From positions 300,001 through 332,000 of the forward strand of contig JANQMZ010000007.1 of assembly GCA_028279805.1 (NCBI GenBank): a stretch of DNA of 32,000 nucleotides, in the 5' to 3' direction. The stretch is from an archaeon (GTDB taxonomy: Archaea; Iainarchaeota; Iainarchaeia; Iainarchaeales; JANQMZ01). Of the stretch, positions 27,233 through 32,000 are shown piece after piece. The notes under the pieces are model-generated. The model made no database searches. It was not told where the DNA came from and saw only the letters and a program-made list of their open reading frames with translations. Made by a program: the position numbers and the translations under genes. Numbering within the stretch: position 1 is the first letter of the stretch; the number at the start of each line of letters is the position of its first letter.

Positions 27233-28201
27233 TTGGATTTTTTAATAATGCTTGAAATCTTATTCCTGATTATAGGCATAATTGGGTTATTTGCAGGAGC
27301 AGAACTTGTAATTGAAGCTGCTAAAAAATTTGCAACAGCTTTGCATTTAAACGAATTAATTGTCGGCTTAACATTGGTTGCAATTGGCACCAGTTTGCCT
27401 GAAATTGCGGTGAACATGGCAGCCGGTTTTAGTCAGGCTGGTGGAATTGAAACATCAGGAATTGCTGTAGGCAATATCATTGGTTCGCAAATTTCCAACA
27501 TTACATTGATTTTGGGAATACTTGGCTTGCTGGCAGTTTTGCAGATTTCAAAAAGAGAACTGGTTCATGACGGGGCAATGATGGTTTTTGCATTTGCTGC
27601 ATTTATGGCAGCAGCTTTTGACAAAGTTTTAACATTTGGCGAGGGAATTTTGCTTGTATTGATTTATTTATTGTATATTGTTTATTTGGGAAAAAGAAAC
27701 AGTGTAATGAAAACAGGCCCCAAAAGCACGGAAAAAATAAATCCTTTAATTCAGCTGGCTTTTTTGCTGGGAGGAATAGGGTTGGTTATTTTTGCATCAG
27801 ATTTGGTTGTAGCAAACGGAGTTGTAATTGCAACACAAATTGGAATAAATGAATTTATCATCGGATTACTGGTAGGATTGGGAACCAGTTTGCCGGAACT
27901 GGCAATAACAGTAAATGCTGTCAGAAACGGTGCAAAAAAAATGGCTATAGGAAATTTGCTTGGAAGCAATATTGCGAATCCTTTGCTGGCACTTGGTTTG
28001 GGAATGATGGCAGTCGGCCCTGTTAACAATTTTACAATTGAAGAAGCAGCATTAGGATTTGGTGTACCGTACTGGCTGCTGGCAACATTAATCGTTTTAA
28101 CATTTTTATGGCAAAAAAACGGCATTACAAGAATAAAAGCTGTATTTTTAATTGGAGCATACATTGCTTTTCTGGCTTTACAGACATTTTTACTCTCATA
28201 A
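27233..28201 (+). CDS. Calcium/sodium antiporter family protein
   Basis: Two duplicated halves: NELIVGLTLVAIGTSLPEIAV...GNIIGSQISN and NEFIIGLLVGLGTSLPELAITV...GNLLGSNIANP. Confidence 0.95.
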   Translation: MDFLIMLEILFLIIGIIGLFAGAELVIEAAKKFATALHLNELIVGLTLVAIGTSLPEIAVNMAAGFSQAGGIETSGIAVGNIIGSQISNITLILGILGLLAVLQISKRELVHDGAMMVFAFAAFMAAAFDKVLTFGEGILLVLIYLLYIVYLGKRNSVMKTGPKSTEKINPLIQLAFLLGGIGLVIFASDLVVANGVVIATQIGINEFIIGLLVGLGTSLPELAITVNAVRNGAKKMAIGNLLGSNIANPLLALGLGMMAVGPVNNFTIEEAALGFGVPYWLLATLIVLTFLWQKNGITRIKAVFLIGAYIAFLALQTFLLS

Positions 28202-28252
28202 AAAGCCAAAATTCTTTTTTTTTGAACATAAACATATTTTTAAAAAAAAATA

Positions 28253-28285
28253 CATTCAACTGTTTTTAAGAGAGTTGGTTGAATG
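28253..28285 (+). promoter_or_regulatory. Hairpin enclosing the start codon of the pilus ATPase
   Basis: CATTCAAC (28253-28260) pairs with GTTGAATG (28278-28285), which contains the ATG at 28283. Confidence 0.35.
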
Positions 28286-29758
28286 GCAACCCAGTTATTG
28301 AAATTTAAGCGTTCTTTGTCTGAAATAACAAAAGTTGAAAAAATTTTAGGCTGGGGACAATTATGCTACAAGGACAAAAGCATTAGAAGAAAATTTAAAG
28401 AAAAAGAATTATGGGAAATTGTTGAATTGCGTAACGGGGAAAAAATTTTTTTATGCAAACAGTTTCCTCCTTTAACAAAAAAAGAAGCATTGTTTTTGAG
28501 AAGCGTTTTAAAAATTTACCAGTTAAAAGAACAAAAAAACAGTGTTGAAAAAACCCTGCAAAAATACTGCAAAAGCAAATTAATTGAACTGGATGAAGAA
28601 CAAAAAAAATATTTTTTAAAAATACTTCATTCACTTACATCAGGTTTTGGTCCTTTAAATTCAATAATGAAAAACACTGAACTGGAAGAAATTGCACTGG
28701 TGGGATTAGGCAAAACAAAACCGGTATATGTTTACCACATTTCATTCGGCTGGCTGAAAACAAATATTTACATTTCAAAAGAAGATTTTGCCTTAAGCCT
28801 GATAAACAAAATGGCACGTTCAACTGGAAGAAGAATTTCAACACAATACCCCAAACTTGATGCAATTCTTCCAAACGGTTCAAGATTAAATGCAACAATT
28901 CCCCCTTTTTCCGTTAAAGAGCCGACTTTTACAATAAGAAAATTTAATTCTGTTAAGTTTTCTCCAAGCGCTTTATGCAAAAACAATACTTTTACAACAC
29001 AAACTCTTGCATTTTTGTGGATGGCAATAGAATCAGATTGTTCATTTATGATTTGCGGCAATACTGGTTCGGGAAAAACAACAAGCCTGAATGCATTATT
29101 TTGTTTTGTGCCAAAAGAAGACAGAATTGTTGTGGCAGAAGACACACCTGAACTTTTTGTTCCGCACAAACATGTTGCAAGGCTGGCAAGCGAAGAAAAA
29201 ATGAACATAACAATGCAGGATTTAATCATAAATTCTTTAAGAATGAGGCCGGACAGAATTATTGTAGGAGAAATAAGGAAAAAAAAGGAAGTTGAAGCTT
29301 TTATTGAAACACTGCTTGCGGGACAGGGAAAAGGCTCTTATGCAACATTTCACTCCAATTCAGCACAGGAAGCTGTTAAAAGAATGAAAATGCTGGGAAC
29401 AAGTGAAATGGATTTGGAGGCTCTTGATTTAATAATAGTTCAGAAAAGGCATACAATTATTGATAAAAAAACACGGATGAGAAAAGAAAAAAGAAATGTT
29501 CTCGAAGTAACAGAAATATTGCCAGGCAAAAAAGGAGTCAGGCTAAACACGTTATACGAATACGATTTTTCAAAAAATTTTCTTAAAGCAAAAAACAAAA
29601 GCAAAAAAGTGAAAAGAAAAATTTTAAGCTCTTTTTCTTTAAACGAAAAAGAATTAAACAAGGAATTAAAAAAGAGGGAAAAATTTTTGGAAAAATTGAC
29701 ATCAGAAAAAGACAATCTTGAAATATTTTTTGAAAAAGCTTCAGGTGATTTGAATTAA
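28283..29758 (+). CDS. Type II/IV secretion or archaeal type IV pilus assembly ATPase
   Basis: CGNTGSGKTTSLNALFCF, VVAEDTPELFVPHKHVARL, MRPDRIIVGEIR, GQGKGSYATFHSNS. Confidence 0.93.
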   Translation: MATQLLKFKRSLSEITKVEKILGWGQLCYKDKSIRRKFKEKELWEIVELRNGEKIFLCKQFPPLTKKEALFLRSVLKIYQLKEQKNSVEKTLQKYCKSKLIELDEEQKKYFLKILHSLTSGFGPLNSIMKNTELEEIALVGLGKTKPVYVYHISFGWLKTNIYISKEDFALSLINKMARSTGRRISTQYPKLDAILPNGSRLNATIPPFSVKEPTFTIRKFNSVKFSPSALCKNNTFTTQTLAFLWMAIESDCSFMICGNTGSGKTTSLNALFCFVPKEDRIVVAEDTPELFVPHKHVARLASEEKMNITMQDLIINSLRMRPDRIIVGEIRKKKEVEAFIETLLAGQGKGSYATFHSNSAQEAVKRMKMLGTSEMDLEALDLIIVQKRHTIIDKKTRMRKEKRNVLEVTEILPGKKGVRLNTLYEYDFSKNFLKAKNKSKKVKRKILSSFSLNEKELNKELKKREKFLEKLTSEKDNLEIFFEKASGDLN

Positions 29759-30542
29759 AATACTTGAATTAATTGAAAAAAAATTAAAAAAAGCAAATGT
29801 TAAAGAAAAACCGAAAGAATTTTTCAGAAAAATTTTCCTCATTTCATTCTTTTTTTCAGTTATAATTTTTGTTTCACTATGGGCAATTGAAATTGCAATA
29901 AATACTGCGTTGATTTTTTCATTTTTTTCATTTGTATTTGTTTCCCTGTTTTTGTTATGGATTCCCAGAATAAAAAAAAGAAAAATGCAGGAAAAATTTG
30001 AAAAACACCTGCCTTTTGCCTTAGTGGATCTGGCAATAACCGTTGATTTGGGAATGGGATTTGAAGAAAGCATGGAAAAAGTTTCAAAAAAAAATTACGG
30101 AATGGCAAGCAAAGAATTTTCAAAAATAGTTAAAAGTGTTAAAGAGAAAGGAGCTACACTTGAACAAGCTTTAAAGGAGATGAGCAGAAGAATTGATTCA
30201 CTGAATGCAAGAAGAGTTGCATCACAGCTTGACCAGATTTATTTAATGAGTGACACAAAAGGAGGAGAACAGCTCAGAATTTTTGCAGCAGAATTGATGA
30301 ATTCGCAGAAAAACCAGGCCAAAGCTTTTTCAGGAAAAACCGCCTTTTATGCACTATTGTTTGTGGCTTTTTCTGCTTTAGTGCCGGCATTATTTCAGGC
30401 TTTCCTAGTGGCAGGCTCTCTTTTACTGGAAATAAATATTAAGCCATTGCAAGCTTTGGCTTTGATTATAGTGGGTTTTCCGGCTGCAAACATTTTAATT
30501 TTAGGATTAATATGGAGCAAAACACCGGAGTTTTTGAAATGA
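29754..30542 (+). CDS. Type II secretion F / TadC-like membrane protein, first half-subunit; likely non-AUG start
   Basis: LPFALVDLAITVDLGMGFEESMEKV...KEKGATLEQALKEM...QLRIFAAELMN. Listed ORF begins at TTG 29910, but the frame is open back to 29754 with an AGGTGAT Shine-Dalgarno at 29743-29749. Confidence 0.7.
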   Translation: MKILELIEKKLKKANVKEKPKEFFRKIFLISFFFSVIIFVSLWAIEIAINTALIFSFFSFVFVSLFLLWIPRIKKRKMQEKFEKHLPFALVDLAITVDLGMGFEESMEKVSKKNYGMASKEFSKIVKSVKEKGATLEQALKEMSRRIDSLNARRVASQLDQIYLMSDTKGGEQLRIFAAELMNSQKNQAKAFSGKTAFYALLFVAFSALVPALFQAFLVAGSLLLEINIKPLQALALIIVGFPAANILILGLIWSKTPEFLK

Positions 30543-31432
30543 ATTTTGATATGAATGCACTGGACCTGTTTTCAAAAAAACTTGAATCAAACAACAAAAC
30601 GCTTGAAGAATTTGCTGAAAAAAATTTATGGCTGTCTGTTTTTCTTGCACTGGTTACAGCCAGTCTTATGAGTTTTACAGGATTTGGATTGTTTGAAATT
30701 GTTATGACCGCATTGTTTGCAATTGTTTTTGTTTTTGCGTTAAGCATCGGACTTGAAATTCAAAAATTTGAATCAAAAAAAGCATTAAAAGAAAAACTGG
30801 TTGTGGATTTTTTGCTGGACGCATCAATAATGCCAAAAGGAACATCTTTTGAAAAAATTCTGGAAAATTCTTCAAAAGAATACGGGTTGCTGGGAAAAGA
30901 ATTTGCAAAAGTTTATGAAATGATAAAAAAAGGGGCAAGCGTTGAAGAATCATTAAAAGAATTTAACAACAGGAATGACAGCAAGGTTTTGGAAAGAGTT
31001 GCAGAATTGTTGCTGATGTTTTATTCCTCAGGAGCAGATATGGCTGAATCTTTTAAAAAAACAGCCGAAGACATTTTAAAAACGCAGAATATTTTAAGCC
31101 AGAAAAATGCTTCAATTGTTGTTCAAAAATACACAGTTTTATTTGCAGGAGGATTAATTGTTCCGCTGGTTTTGGGTTTGCTGTCTTCAATGTCACAGGG
31201 TTTTGATTTTAATGCTTTAAATTTTTTATTTGAAACCAAAACCATTATGGAAAGAGAACAGCTTCTTGAAACACTTTTGCTTGCAAACAAAATATACATA
31301 GCAGAATACGCAATAATTGCAGGAACATTTTTGGGATTGCAGGAAAATTCTGTGGGAAAAGGAATATTGTACGGGCTTGTGCTTATACCCGTTGGATTAA
31401 TTGTATACTTTTTAGCAGGGAGTTTGATATAA
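30539..31432 (+). CDS. Type II secretion F / TadC-like membrane protein, second half-subunit
   Basis: FLLDASIMPKGTSFEKIL...KKGASVEESLKEF...RVAELLLMFYSSGADMAESFKKTAEDILKTQNI; ATGA overlap with upstream gene. Start moved from 30512 to 30539. Confidence 0.82.
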   Translation: MNFDMNALDLFSKKLESNNKTLEEFAEKNLWLSVFLALVTASLMSFTGFGLFEIVMTALFAIVFVFALSIGLEIQKFESKKALKEKLVVDFLLDASIMPKGTSFEKILENSSKEYGLLGKEFAKVYEMIKKGASVEESLKEFNNRNDSKVLERVAELLLMFYSSGADMAESFKKTAEDILKTQNILSQKNASIVVQKYTVLFAGGLIVPLVLGLLSSMSQGFDFNALNFLFETKTIMEREQLLETLLLANKIYIAEYAIIAGTFLGLQENSVGKGILYGLVLIPVGLIVYFLAGSLI

Positions 31433-31453
31433 AAAATAATTACACAAATTCTT

Positions 31454-31508
31454 GGACACGCCGGCGGACTCCGGCGACACGTCCGCAGGTGCTGTCTAAA
31501 GACAGCAC
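31454..31508. other. Compact GC-rich double hairpin, possible terminator or small structured RNA
   Basis: GGAC-A-CGCCGG-CGGACT-CCGGCG-ACAC-GTCC (31454-31484), then GTGCTGTC-TAAA-GACAGCAC (31489-31508). Confidence 0.55.
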
Positions 31509-31569
31509 ATAAATTCAATTGATTTTCAAATAAATTTATTAATTGCTTTTGCGTAAGATATGTGATTTT

Positions 31570-32000
31570 ATGAAAATACAGCAGAATGGATTCGCAATTG
31601 AATTTGTTGAAAAAAAGAAAAAAAACATGCAGAATTATACTTTAATTGAGGGTTTTCCGGGAGCAGGCTTGGTTGGAACAATCAGTTCAAAGTTTCTGGT
31701 TGAAAAAATGGGTTTTGAAAAAATCGGTTTTGTTCATTCAAACGCATTTATTCCCATTATAAGAATTCATAAGGGAAAACCGATTAGGCCTATTCGCATT
31801 TATATTAATGATAAGCTGAAAATTGTTGCACTTGTTTCTGAGCAAATTATTCCCACATTGATTGTTGACAGGCTTGCAAAATCCCTGGTTTCATGGGCTG
31901 AAGAAAAAGGAATCAAAAGAGTCATTTCTTTGGCGGGAATAAAAAATGCTGAAGGCTCAAAAGAAAAAATTTACGGAATAAGCTGTTGTGCAAAAGAAAC
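31570..32000 (+). CDS. PAC2 family protein (proteasome assembly chaperone-like), truncated by window end
   Basis: Translation from ATG 31570: MKIQQNGFAIEF...YTLIEGFPGAGLVGTISSKFLVEKMGF...LIVDRLAKSLVSWAEEKGIKRVISLAGI. Confidence 0.85.
   Translation, partial: MKIQQNGFAIEFVEKKKKNMQNYTLIEGFPGAGLVGTISSKFLVEKMGFEKIGFVHSNAFIPIIRIHKGKPIRPIRIYINDKLKIVALVSEQIIPTLIVDRLAKSLVSWAEEKGIKRVISLAGIKNAEGSKEKIYGISCCAKE

Noticed and set aside
31454-31508. H/ACA guide RNA, because ACA follows the second stem
   Set aside because: ACA overlaps the stem instead of following it at a fixed distance, and there is no pseudouridylation pocket or clear kink-turn.

Overview
This 32 kb AT-rich window looks like a gene-dense archaeal chromosome segment, plausibly DPANN-like. 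The basis is archaeal RFC small subunit, an Nre-family repair protein, an Lhr-family helicase with a phosphoesterase partner, TraB, a PAC2 family protein, a TadA/TadC-like pilus motor and many ATGA-coupled short operons. Housekeeping content includes CTP synthase, a CDP-alcohol phosphatidyltransferase, a MetRS-beta-like tRNA-binding protein, MetK and a thioredoxin-reductase-like protein. A large part is a secreted/surface block: a DUF2341/LamG protein with a phage-fibre-like tail, three Ig/PKD-rich membrane-anchored proteins in tandem, and two secreted proteins, one ending in a lysozyme-like domain. I do not see a convincing defence island, CRISPR array or integrated mobile element. The best candidates for something undescribed are: (1) a roughly 190 nt GC-rich, hairpin-dense intergenic island at 16910-17103, a candidate structured ncRNA; (2) a secreted protein with a lysozyme/GH73-like domain in an apparent archaeon; (3) the chimeric surface protein at 7423-9423; (4) a SpoT-like HD hydrolase with a novel C-terminal region; (5) a second compact GC-rich double hairpin at 31454-31508. 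All family assignments come from reading motifs by eye; no database search was run.
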